NCBI RefSeq assembly: GCF_001644705.1 | Contig: NZ_CP015137.1 | Location: 2,910,001-2,942,000, forward strand | From: Dickeya solani IPO 2222 | GTDB lineage: Bacteria; Pseudomonadota; Gammaproteobacteria; Enterobacterales; Enterobacteriaceae | Direction of reading: 5' to 3' | DNA: 32,000 nucleotides | Shown: in pieces, positions 1 through 8,221 of the stretch | Layout of the letters: the number at the start of each line of letters is the position of its first letter | Position numbering within the stretch: the stretch's first letter is position 1 | Program-made: the position numbers and the translations under genes | Notes under the pieces: generated by a model | Told to the model about the DNA's origin: nothing | Seen by the model: the letters and a program-made list of their open reading frames with translations, nothing else | Databases searched by the model: none

Positions 1-60
1 TCTGCTGTTTGATCGGCCAAACGGCGAGATGACGGCCATGGCGCATCGGGTGGAGGTACA

Positions 61-762
61 ATGAGACTATTACTGGTAGAAGACCAAATCATGGCGGCGG
101 ATTACATCTCCAAAGGGCTCAAGGAGAATGATTTCGTGGTCGATGTCGCCCACGATGGCGTGGATGGCCTGCACTATCTGCTGACCAACGATTATGATCT
201 GGCGATCCTCGACGTCATGTTGCCCGGTATGAATGGCTGGAAAATTCTGGAACTGGCGCGTCAGGCCGGGAAACCGACCCCGGTCATGTTCCTGACGGCG
301 CGCGACGAGGTGGAGGACCGGGTGCGAGGTTTGGAGTTGGGTGCGGAAGATTATCTGATCAAACCCTTTTCCTTTAGCGAGCTGCTGGCGCGGGTGCGCG
401 TGATTATGCGGCGGCAGGCGGTACATATCCCGGCGGTGGAGGAATCCGTTCTGCAAATCAGCAATTTGCAGTTGGATTTTCTTAAACACCGCGTGTCGCG
501 CGGCGGAAAACGCATCGAGCTGACGCAAAAAGAATTTTTGCTGTTGAGCCTGTTGATGCGCCGCAGCGGCGAAGTGCTGTCGCGCACCGTGCTGGCGGAG
601 CAGGTCTGGGACATGAATTTTGACCCTGAAACGAACGTCATTGACGTGGCGATTCGCCGGCTGCGCAGCAAAATCGATGATGACTATGAGGTCAAGCTGC
701 TGCACACCATCCGTGGCGCCGGATATGTACTGGAAGTGAGAAATGATGCTGATACCGCGTAA
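61..762 (+). CDS. OmpR/PhoB-family response regulator, heavy-metal (CusR/CopR/HprR-like) subfamily
   Basis: 233-aa ORF with an N-terminal receiver domain ([24 protein letters not shown]). The C-terminal winged helix ([55 protein letters not shown]) is collinear with E. coli CusR as I recall it. A GGAGG SD lies just upstream of the ATG. The 3' end overlaps the kinase start by 20 nt. Confidence 0.9.
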   Translation: MRLLLVEDQIMAADYISKGLKENDFVVDVAHDGVDGLHYLLTNDYDLAILDVMLPGMNGWKILELARQAGKPTPVMFLTARDEVEDRVRGLELGAEDYLIKPFSFSELLARVRVIMRRQAVHIPAVEESVLQISNLQLDFLKHRVSRGGKRIELTQKEFLLLSLLMRRSGEVLSRTVLAEQVWDMNFDPETNVIDVAIRRLRSKIDDDYEVKLLHTIRGAGYVLEVRNDADTA

Positions 763-2170
763 TTTTCCGATCACCCTGAGGCTGACGCTTTATTTTTCCC
801 TTGCCATGAGTCTGGTGCTGTACAGCGTTTCGGGGCTGCTGTACTCCACGATGCGCAACCAGCTTAGCCAGAAGGATGAAGATGAATTGCGCAGTACGCT
901 GCGTTTTCAGCAGGAAATCGCCGCTACCATCAGCGAACGTCAGGGGCCGAAAGACCTTTGGCAGCAGGAGCTGTTCGAGTTCGTCGCCCGTCAGGAACGC
1001 CTTTCGCTCAGGATCATTAGCCCGGACGGCAAAGTCTGGGCGCAGTCGAAAAATATGCGCGTCCCGCAGCGGGATTTCCCCGCGCCATCCAGCGAATTTC
1101 GCTACAGCGCGTGGCGTTACCGCGCGCACGAAGCCAGCGAAAAATACCTGATCGCCTCGACCGATTTCGTCCTCAAGGATAACCAGCCGTGGCTGGTGCA
1201 GGCGGCGCTAAACGTCTCAAAGAACAATGAAATCATTGAAGATTACTGGAAGCGCATGCAAATTGCCGCGGCGCTGTCCATCGTCATTTTTTCCGCCATC
1301 GGCTACTGGCTGGCCCGCAAAGGGCTGCTGCCGCTGCGGACCATGAGCCGGGAAATCGAACATATTCACGCGGAAGACTTGCACACCCGCCTTTCCACAC
1401 AGCGCTGGCCGTCGGAACTCAATACGCTGGCCGCCTCGTTCGACGGCATGATGACCCGTCTGGAAGCGTCGTTTAAACAGCTGAGTCGCTTTTCATCGGA
1501 TATCGCCCACGAGTTGCGCGGCCCAATCAACAATCTGATTTCGGCGGCGAGCGTGACGCAAAGCAAGGCGCGCAGCCAGGAGGAGTACCGTGAAACGCTG
1601 GCGGCGATTGTGGAGGAAGGGGAACGGCTGTCGCGCATGATCTCATCCATGCTGTTTCTGGCCCGGGCGGATAACAGCCGCGAGCCGCTCAACGTGGAAC
1701 CACTGGACAGCACAACCGAATTCGCCCGGCTGATCAATTTCTACGATATTCTCGCGGAAGAAAAAGATATCGACTTGTCGAGCGAAGGCGACGCCGTGTT
1801 CTATGCCGATCCCATTCATGTGCAACGCGCGCTCGCGAACCTGCTGTCCAACGCGCTGCGCCATACGCCGCCTGGTGGGAAGATCCTGCTGAGCGCGGCG
1901 AACCACAACGACAAGGTCTGGCTGAGCGTCGTTGATAACGGCGAAGGCATTAGCGCGGATCATTTGCCGCATATCTTCGACCGTTTCTATCGGGTGGACG
2001 ACGCCCGTAGCAACGCGGAAAACACCGGTTTAGGGCTGGCGCTGGTGAAAACCATCGCCGAAATGCACGGCGGAAAAATCCAGGTGGCGAGCGAGGAAGG
2101 GAAGGGAAGTTGTTTTACGCTGGTGCTACCGGCGCGCAAAGAAGATATCGTCAACCTGACAAAATTGTAA
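743..2170 (+). CDS. Two-component sensor histidine kinase, CusS-like architecture
   Basis: 475-aa ORF with two hydrophobic segments flanking a periplasmic domain of about 150 aa. It carries an H-box ([13 protein letters not shown]), an N-box ([10 protein letters not shown]), G1 (VDNGEGI) and G2 (GLGLALV). The ATGATG start overlaps the regulator gene, which suggests translational coupling. Confidence 0.9.
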   Translation: MMLIPRNFPITLRLTLYFSLAMSLVLYSVSGLLYSTMRNQLSQKDEDELRSTLRFQQEIAATISERQGPKDLWQQELFEFVARQERLSLRIISPDGKVWAQSKNMRVPQRDFPAPSSEFRYSAWRYRAHEASEKYLIASTDFVLKDNQPWLVQAALNVSKNNEIIEDYWKRMQIAAALSIVIFSAIGYWLARKGLLPLRTMSREIEHIHAEDLHTRLSTQRWPSELNTLAASFDGMMTRLEASFKQLSRFSSDIAHELRGPINNLISAASVTQSKARSQEEYRETLAAIVEEGERLSRMISSMLFLARADNSREPLNVEPLDSTTEFARLINFYDILAEEKDIDLSSEGDAVFYADPIHVQRALANLLSNALRHTPPGGKILLSAANHNDKVWLSVVDNGEGISADHLPHIFDRFYRVDDARSNAENTGLGLALVKTIAEMHGGKIQVASEEGKGSCFTLVLPARKEDIVNLTKL

Positions 2171-2245
2171 TTTATACGTTGAGCCTGGGTCATCATGACA
2201 AACTGATAATAGACCCTGTCAGCAAACAGGAGGCTGGTTCAGACT

Positions 2246-2824
2246 ATGATTCAGAATAGGCAAAATAGCGCGTTGTCTCGTGCTCAACTGAAAAATTATT
2301 TTTCATATGTCCGGCAGTTTATTGCCGCGCCGCGCTCGGTGGGTTCGGTTATTCCGTCATCCGCCACGCTGTGCCGCGCGATGATGAATCAGGTGGACTG
2401 GTGCACCAATCTTTCCATCGCTGAACTTGGCGCGGCGAACGGCGTATTGACCAAAGGTATTCTTGAGCGGATGCGCGCCGACGCCGTGCTGGATGCGTAT
2501 GAAATTAATCCGGGATTCGTTAATCAGCTACAAAGGATTAGTGATAAACGGCTTAATGTCGTCGCGGCGTCGGCAGAAACGCTTATTAATCATTATGATA
2601 TTGTTTTTTCCTGCCTGCCGCTGTTGTCGATGCCCACCAAAATTACCATGCGCATTCTGAATCAGATTCGTAAACGCATGGCGCCGCACAGTACGTTTGT
2701 TCAGTTTCAATATAGTCCGCTGTCGGAGAAATTATTGTCACATTATTTTAACTGGCAACGGATTGTCGTGGTGAAAAACGTTCCGCCCGCGCTGGTTTAT
2801 GTGTGTACGCTGCGGGAAGAATAA
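2246..2824 (+). CDS. Class I SAM-dependent methyltransferase, COG3963 / S. meliloti PmtA-like (phospholipid N-methyltransferase family)
   Basis: 192-aa ORF. The N-terminal FxxxPRSVGSVIPSS motif, the motif-I region IAELGAANGVLTKGILER, and the later LPLL and NVPPA motifs match the layout of roughly 200-aa PmtA-type enzymes from memory. The GxGxG motif is degenerate (GAANG). This stretch is lower in GC than its flanks. The SD (AGGAGG) is unusually far from the ATG, about 12 nt. Confidence 0.7.
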   Translation: MIQNRQNSALSRAQLKNYFSYVRQFIAAPRSVGSVIPSSATLCRAMMNQVDWCTNLSIAELGAANGVLTKGILERMRADAVLDAYEINPGFVNQLQRISDKRLNVVAASAETLINHYDIVFSCLPLLSMPTKITMRILNQIRKRMAPHSTFVQFQYSPLSEKLLSHYFNWQRIVVVKNVPPALVYVCTLREE

Positions 2825-2869
2825 TGCATCCATTGGCTATTTCCTTTATTTCTGTAGAGAGAAAGTAGG

Positions 2870-3103
2870 ATGAAAATAAATATCTTATACATCATGCTGG
2901 CCGTGGCGTCGTTTTTTCTGATTGAGCAAGGCTCCGCACAGGCGAGTGTCAATAAAGTGGGGAATACCTGGATACTTTCCCCGGCGGCCTGGTATCCCCA
3001 TGCGGGTGCGACACACGAGAATCATCCGTTCGATATTAATAAAAATCCGACAGGAAATAATGATTTACCCTATCTGTTCCCCACCGATAAACAAGGCGAA
3101 TAA
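2870..3103 (+). CDS. Small secreted hypothetical protein (signal peptide, 52-aa mature part, no Cys)
   Basis: 77-aa ORF. The N-terminus MKINILYIMLAVASFFLIEQGSAQA|S resembles a Sec signal peptide with an AQA cleavage site. The gene is AT-rich, has a weak SD, and is followed by a terminator-like hairpin. I recognise no family. Confidence 0.4.
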   Translation: MKINILYIMLAVASFFLIEQGSAQASVNKVGNTWILSPAAWYPHAGATHENHPFDINKNPTGNNDLPYLFPTDKQGE

Positions 3104-3149
3104 TAACCAGAATCCCCCTTTTTTTGCTAATCAACAACAGCAAATAAAT

Positions 3150-3190
3150 CCTGATGCCGGTGGCGTAATGCTGACCGGATCAGGCGTTTT
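3150..3190 (+). terminator. Rho-independent terminator candidate downstream of the small secreted-protein gene
   Basis: CCTGAT(G)CCGGT-12 nt loop-ACCGGATCAGG, an 11-bp stem with one bulge, followed by CGTTTTATCGTATTT. Confidence 0.5.
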
Positions 3191-3241
3191 ATCGTATTTC
3201 AAAAGCGGCTGATAGTACGCTAAAAAAGAGATGTTCGCGTA

Positions 3242-3961
3242 ATGAAAGAGCAACCGAAAATATTCATCGGAATGGGGATTTGCCTGGCTGTATTATTGGC
3301 GGTGCCTGGTATCGCATGGATGACGGGCTGGCAGTGGAATCCGGATGCGCCATCCCGACTGCTGGCTTTTTTTTATTTTCTGACGCAAACGGTGAGTAAT
3401 CCGTTCGGTATTATCACGGCGTTGTTTTTACTGGGCGCGTTGCTATGGCGGTTAAAACCGGCGAAGACGCTCGTCTGGAGATGTGCCTTGTTGATTATCG
3501 CGCCCATTGTGCTGGGGCAAGTGTCGGTCGGCGTACTGAAACGGTGCGCACAGGAGCCACGGCCTTTTGTGGCATGGTTAAGCCACAACCAGCCTGAGGA
3601 AATTCACCGTTTCTACAGCCTGGATACCAATCAGCGTGGCCGCATGGTGTTTGATAGCCTTAAGGACCATACCGCGATACCGGCCTGGCAAAAAGCCCAC
3701 TGGGCGGAACAAACCAGCTATTCATTTCCTTCCGGCCATTCCATTTTCGCCGCCGCCTGGGCGATGCTGGGGGTAGGATTATTGTGGCCGCGGCGGCGTT
3801 TTATCGGCGCGGCGGTGCTGATCGCCTGGGCCGCCGGCGTGCTGGCAAGCCGTCTTCTGCTGGGCATGCACTGGCCGGTCGATTTGCTGGGATCGGTAGG
3901 GTTGGCCCTGATCCTGACCTATCCTTCGATCCGAATGATCAACCGTACTGTTCCGGTTTGA
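3242..3961 (+). CDS. pgpB: Phosphatidylglycerophosphatase B (PAP2 family)
   Basis: 239-aa ORF with the three PAP2 motifs: KRCAQEPRPF, PSGHS and SRLLLGMHWPVDL. GLLWPRRR and the overall layout are collinear with E. coli PgpB as I recall it. Confidence 0.85.
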   Translation: MKEQPKIFIGMGICLAVLLAVPGIAWMTGWQWNPDAPSRLLAFFYFLTQTVSNPFGIITALFLLGALLWRLKPAKTLVWRCALLIIAPIVLGQVSVGVLKRCAQEPRPFVAWLSHNQPEEIHRFYSLDTNQRGRMVFDSLKDHTAIPAWQKAHWAEQTSYSFPSGHSIFAAAWAMLGVGLLWPRRRFIGAAVLIAWAAGVLASRLLLGMHWPVDLLGSVGLALILTYPSIRMINRTVPV

Positions 3962-4087
3962 ACGGCCCGCATATTATTAATGGTTTCAAAAATAAACTAA
4001 CTCCCAAAAGGAAACAAAATGCAGTATGGTTATTCAGGTGTGAAATAGAAACTCATCAACGATAGCAGATGGAGCAGAGGTGACGAG

Positions 4088-4465
4088 ATGCCTGAATTCA
4101 ATGTCTACAGTAGAGGCTGTCCGGCGCGTATGGTGCTGGATCGTTTGTCGAATAAGTGGTCGCTGTTGATTCTGGATCGTCTGGCGTGCGAGCCGGTACG
4201 ATTTAATCAATTGAGACGTGACATTGAAGGCGTATCGCAGAAGGTACTGTCGCAGACGCTGAAGCATCTGGAGCGCGATGGCATGATCCGGCGGCAGGTG
4301 TTCGCTACGGTGCCGGTGACGGTGGAGTATTCGATTACCTTACTGGGTAAGACGCTGGTCAAGACCGTACACGAACTGACCCACTGGGCGGAGAGCAATA
4401 TCGATGAGGTCATGCTCGCCCAGCAGCGCTACGATGAGCTTAATTCGGCTTCCACAGCGGCATAA
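4088..4465 (+). CDS. HxlR-family (MarR-like winged-helix) transcriptional regulator
   Basis: 125-aa ORF. The sequence CPARMVLDRLSNKWSLLILDRL...VRFNQLRRDIEGVSQKVLSQTLKHLERDGMIRRQV...VEYSIT is the canonical HxlR signature. SD is GGAGCAGAGG. Confidence 0.85.
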   Translation: MPEFNVYSRGCPARMVLDRLSNKWSLLILDRLACEPVRFNQLRRDIEGVSQKVLSQTLKHLERDGMIRRQVFATVPVTVEYSITLLGKTLVKTVHELTHWAESNIDEVMLAQQRYDELNSASTAA

Positions 4466-4584
4466 ACAGTGGCATAAATCATAGCCGCTCTGTTTTCATG
4501 ACCCGCTATCGGGAACCGGCGATCACAGAAACCTATGGACGGGAGCGAGTAAAACCACGGTATGTGGTCGGCTCCGTCCATTAA

Positions 4585-6480
4585 TTATACCCGTTGATTC
4601 TGCTGCTCTTTATTGTTCGTGATGGGGGTGTATCCCGTTGGCGCTTCCAGCAAGATCTTCTTGATGTCGCCGACATCATAATCATGGCAACTCTTGTCGA
4701 GCTTTTGTAATAGCGATTCCATTTCCTGCCAGCTTAGTCGTTCTTCCTGCGCGGTCATGATTCTGGGGTGGCTGGTGCCTTCCACATTTTCGCCAATCAA
4801 CAATTCCTCGTAGAGCTTCTCTCCCGGGCGTAATCCCGTGAATTTGATAACGATATCGCCCTCGTCACCATAGCCTTCGATGTAGCCTTTCATCCCCATC
4901 AGGTTGATCATTCTGCGCGCTAAATCGAGGATTTTAACCGGCTCCCCCATATCCAGAACAAAAACCTGTCCGTTAATCCCCATGGCGCCTGCCTGTATAA
5001 CGAGTTGCGCCGCTTCGGGTATCAGCATGAAGTAACGGGTAATGTCCGGATGGGTTACCGTAACCGGGCCTCCCAGGCGAATCTGTTTTTTAAACAGAGG
5101 AACGACGGAGCCTGATGAACCTAATACGTTGCCGAAACGGACCATAGTGAAGGTCGTCTGGTTTTGCCGCTCCGCCAGCGCTTGCAGAATCAGTTCGGCC
5201 ATCCGCTTGCTGGTCCCCATGACATTGGTGGGGCGTACCGCTTTGTCCGTCGAAATCAGGGTGAAGTTGCGCACCCCTTCCTCTATCGCTGCTTCGGCAC
5301 AGGCCAGCGTGCCGAAAACATTATTGCGGATACCTTCGATAACATTGTCTTCCACCAACGGTACATGCTTGTAAGCCGCGGCGTGATAAATGGTTTCTAC
5401 CTGATAGGCCCGAATCAGTTTCTGTACCCGGTTTTGCTTTTGCACCGATCCCAGGGTGGCAACGATTTTGGTATCAAGCAGCAACCGTTTTTTGATGCCC
5501 TGAAGCTCCTGGTCGATGGTGTAGAGGTTGTATTCATTCAGTTCAAACAGCACCAGCGTGCGGGGATGCTGCGTCAGAATCTGTCGGCAGAGTTCTGAAC
5601 CAATCGAGCCGCCCGCCCCGGTAACCATGACCGATTTGCCGGTAATGTTTTTAGACATCAGCTGCTTGTCGGGGCCTACCGCTTCACGCCCCAGCAAGTC
5701 CGCCACGTCCAAATCCCGTATTTCTGTCGCAGTCGCCTTTCCGGCGGCAATGTCTTCGACCGAAGGCACGGATTGCACTTCAATCGGCCAATGCGACAAT
5801 TTTTCCAGCAATCTCAACCGCTGGCCTTTTTTGATGTTATTAATCGCCAGCAGCAGTTTTACCGGTTGATATAACGGTTTCAGTTTGTCGAATTCGCTGC
5901 TGTGGTGCACCTTGATGCCACAGATGATTTGACCAATCTTTTTTTCGTCATCATCAAGCACCACCACCGGGTGAAACTCGTCTCCCTGGATCAGGGAATA
6001 GATCAAGTCACGCCCGGTTGCTCCCGCGCCATAGATAAAGACATTGGGCTTCTGACGTTTGTAATAGTGGTAATAAAACGTGCGAATGAGCACGCGAGGG
6101 CTGCCCAGCGCCAGCGTCGCCAGCCCGGCATAGATAAAAGGGACGCTGCGCGGCACAAACGACTGAAAAAAGAAGCTACTCAGCGCCAGGCTGATAGCCG
6201 ACAGAATCACCGACAGAAAAACATACCCCATTGCCGGCAGCATCATGTAACGCAGCACCGCCCGGTACATGCCGCAGCGAACGAATACCAGCAGGGTGAT
6301 GGATAACGTGACCAGTACGCTGGCGATTTCAGCATAACCTACCGGAAAATCCAGTGTGCCCAGACGAACGGCGACGGCCAGATAAAGTGAAGCCACAATG
6401 GCGATGGCATCATAAAGCACCGTCATGATGCGTTTGTTTCTACGCTCAGCACTTAGCAAAATGGGAATGGGTTTAAACAT
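4585..6480 (-). CDS. Membrane-anchored nucleotide-sugar 4,6-dehydratase (WbpM/CapD/PglF/WreV family polysaccharide biosynthesis protein)
   Basis: The ORF is open up to 6783, but I place the start at Met-102 (ATG at 6480, MFKPIPILLSAERRNKR...), giving 631 aa. That start gives four N-terminal hydrophobic helices typical of the family, and the upstream extension overlaps the divergent promoter region. Motifs include Rossmann VMVTGAGGSIGSEL and the family-typical STDKAVRPTNVMGTSKR (Met in place of the SDR Tyr). Confidence 0.85.
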   Translation of the reverse strand: MFKPIPILLSAERRNKRIMTVLYDAIAIVASLYLAVAVRLGTLDFPVGYAEIASVLVTLSITLLVFVRCGMYRAVLRYMMLPAMGYVFLSVILSAISLALSSFFFQSFVPRSVPFIYAGLATLALGSPRVLIRTFYYHYYKRQKPNVFIYGAGATGRDLIYSLIQGDEFHPVVVLDDDEKKIGQIICGIKVHHSSEFDKLKPLYQPVKLLLAINNIKKGQRLRLLEKLSHWPIEVQSVPSVEDIAAGKATATEIRDLDVADLLGREAVGPDKQLMSKNITGKSVMVTGAGGSIGSELCRQILTQHPRTLVLFELNEYNLYTIDQELQGIKKRLLLDTKIVATLGSVQKQNRVQKLIRAYQVETIYHAAAYKHVPLVEDNVIEGIRNNVFGTLACAEAAIEEGVRNFTLISTDKAVRPTNVMGTSKRMAELILQALAERQNQTTFTMVRFGNVLGSSGSVVPLFKKQIRLGGPVTVTHPDITRYFMLIPEAAQLVIQAGAMGINGQVFVLDMGEPVKILDLARRMINLMGMKGYIEGYGDEGDIVIKFTGLRPGEKLYEELLIGENVEGTSHPRIMTAQEERLSWQEMESLLQKLDKSCHDYDVGDIKKILLEAPTGYTPITNNKEQQNQRV

Positions 6481-6634
6481 CTGGGGCCTGAATGTCTGTG
6501 TGAGACGACAATTAGAGTAATTAGGCGGACATTTTAGTGGTCCGACAACGTCTTGACCAGCAGTGCGAATCTCAATTTCTGCTATAGCAGGTACCAAGGT
6601 ATTATCAGGTATTTTCCTGCTGAAGGTAACCATA

Positions 6635-7609
6635 TTGAAAATCTTAGTAACGGGAAGCCGTGGGTTTATCGGGAGGCGGCTGGTCGCGCTGGCGGGCGAG
6701 CAAGGCATAACCTGTGTTCCGCATTGCAGCGAACGCGGGGAAACATCCGATGGCCCGATGATTCGCGCCAACCTGAGCGCCACGACAGACTGGATGCCGG
6801 CGCTGCAGGGCGTGGATGCGGTGGTGCACTGCGCCGCCAGAGTGCATCAGATGCAGGACGGCGGCGAGGCGTTGCAACTGTACCGGGAAACCAATGTGGC
6901 GGGAACGTTGCGACTGGCGCAGCAGGCTGCGGACGCCGGCGTTAAACGGTTGGTCTTTCTGAGTTCCATTAAGGTGAATGGCGAGGCGACTCAGCCAGGC
7001 CAGCCTTTTCAGCCCGATGTGGCTGTACCGCCCGCCGATCCTTACGGCCTGAGCAAATACGAAGCGGAGCAGGGGCTGCTGCGTCTGGCGCGGGAAACCG
7101 GTCTTGAGGTGGTGATTATTCGCCCGCCGCTGGTGTATGGGCCGGGCGTCAAAGCCAATTTCCGGGCGATGATGAACTGGGTCAGTAAAGGCGTGCCGCT
7201 GCCGCTGGCGGCGGTTCATAACCAACGCAGCCTGGTGTTTGTGGACAATCTGGCCGACCTGATTCTGCTGAGTTTGCGCCATCCGCAGGCGCCGGGACGG
7301 GTGTGGCTGGCGTCGGACGACCACGACGTCTCCACCGCCGGTCTGCTGGCGGATATGGCGGCGGCGCTGGGGGTGAAAAACCGCTGTTGGCCGCTGCCGC
7401 CGTGGGTACTGAAAAGCGCGGCGGCCCTGCTGGGAAAATCCGCAGTGGCGGAGCGCCTGCTGGGTTCGCTGCAGGTGGATATCCGCGAAACCCGACAACG
7501 GCTTGGCTGGCAGCCCGCTGTCCCTTATCATCAGGCGATTGCCATCACGGCGCGGGCGTTTCTGGCGGAAACGTCCGGCGTTCCCGAGTCCGTATCCAAA
7601 CAAGGTTGA
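6635..7609 (+). CDS. NAD-dependent SDR epimerase/4-keto reductase (WbpV/WbpK/WreQ-like)
   Basis: The frame is open from a GTG at 6563. I call the TTG at 6635 (MKILVTGSRGFIG, with the Rossmann motif at the very N-terminus) with AAGG 8 nt upstream. It carries the YxxxK motif (PYGLSKYEAE). The start call is tentative. Confidence 0.8.
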   Translation: MKILVTGSRGFIGRRLVALAGEQGITCVPHCSERGETSDGPMIRANLSATTDWMPALQGVDAVVHCAARVHQMQDGGEALQLYRETNVAGTLRLAQQAADAGVKRLVFLSSIKVNGEATQPGQPFQPDVAVPPADPYGLSKYEAEQGLLRLARETGLEVVIIRPPLVYGPGVKANFRAMMNWVSKGVPLPLAAVHNQRSLVFVDNLADLILLSLRHPQAPGRVWLASDDHDVSTAGLLADMAAALGVKNRCWPLPPWVLKSAAALLGKSAVAERLLGSLQVDIRETRQRLGWQPAVPYHQAIAITARAFLAETSGVPESVSKQG

Positions 7610-7618
7610 CCGATTATT

Positions 7619-8167
7619 ATGCTGCGTATTCTGGATGTATTGCTGGCGCTGATTGGCTTGCTGTGCCTGTGGCCGGTGATGCTGATTGTTTATGTGCTGG
7701 GATTGTTTGATACCGGTTCGCCGGTTTTTATTCAGCAGCGGGTTGGCCGGCATCAACGCCCGTTTAACCTGATCAAGTTCCGCACCATGGCGGTGACGAC
7801 CGAGTCAGTGGCGACTCACCTCGCCAGCCGTAGCGCCGTGACGCGGTTAGGCGCGTTTTTGCGTAAAACCAAGCTGGATGAGTTGCCTCAGCTAATTAAC
7901 GTCCTCAAAGGGGAAATGAGCCTGGTGGGGCCGCGTCCTTGTCTGTTTAATCAACAGGAATTGAGGGATGAACGTCAGGCGCGCGGCGTATTTGATGTGT
8001 TGCCGGGCATTACCGGGCTGGCGCAGGTTAACGCTATCGACATGTCTACGCCGCAGAAACTGGCGGAGTGGGATCAGCGCATGATTCAGACCCTGTCGGT
8101 AAAACATTACTTCACTTATCTGGTGCAAACGGTGGTCGGCAAAGGTTCCGGCGATCGGGTGCGTTGA
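7619..8167 (+). CDS. Small monotopic phosphoglycosyl transferase (PglC/WbpL-alternative/WreU-like bacterial sugar transferase)
   Basis: 182-aa ORF with a single N-terminal hydrophobic re-entrant helix, then PVFIQQRVG, KFRTM and DELPQLINVLKGEMSLVGPRP motifs. Confidence 0.85.
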   Translation: MLRILDVLLALIGLLCLWPVMLIVYVLGLFDTGSPVFIQQRVGRHQRPFNLIKFRTMAVTTESVATHLASRSAVTRLGAFLRKTKLDELPQLINVLKGEMSLVGPRPCLFNQQELRDERQARGVFDVLPGITGLAQVNAIDMSTPQKLAEWDQRMIQTLSVKHYFTYLVQTVVGKGSGDRVR

Positions 8168-8170
8168 TAA

Positions 8171-8198
8171 AAAAACGATGCCGGTCAGGCCGGCATCG
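8171..8198 (-). terminator. Intrinsic terminator between convergent genes (best for the minus-strand operon)
   Basis: CGATGCCGG-TCAGG-CCGGCATCG hairpin at 8176-8198. On the minus strand it is followed by a U-run, the complement of AAAAA at 8171-8175. Confidence 0.6.
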
Positions 8199-8221
8199 TG
8201 ACTGTCATGGCGTAACTAGGA

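Noticed and set aside
70-774. Long antisense ORFs mirroring real genes: 70-774(-), 6644-7756(-), 8561-9520(+), 9696-10613(+), 10679-11437(+), 19773-20288(+), 21631-22983(+), 25010-26080(-), 28577-29605(-), 30504-31382(-), and the many shorter nested ORFs
   Set aside because: Their translations are low-complexity and rich in Arg, Gln, His, Gly and Pro, with no recognisable motifs. Each lies exactly opposite a gene with strong family signatures. This is typical of the open antisense frames seen in GC-rich coding DNA.
4500-4584. Long-loop hairpin (ATGGACGGGAGC...GGCTCCGTCCAT) downstream of the WbpM-like gene as a terminator
   Set aside because: The stem is imperfect with a loop of about 24 nt, and it has only a weak U-rich tail (AGGTTTCTGTG) on the relevant strand. 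I did not list it as a feature.
6481-6783. N-terminal extensions of track ORFs: 4585-6783, 6563-6634, 8222-9682, 11454-12359, 12331-13398, 13993-14118, 20813-21190, 23871-23963, 28403-28468 and 29679-29750
   Set aside because: The extensions lack SDs, often begin at TTG or GTG codons, and run through intergenic or promoter regions or an ERIC repeat. They would bury signal peptides or Rossmann N-termini. Internal starts with SDs give family-typical lengths.
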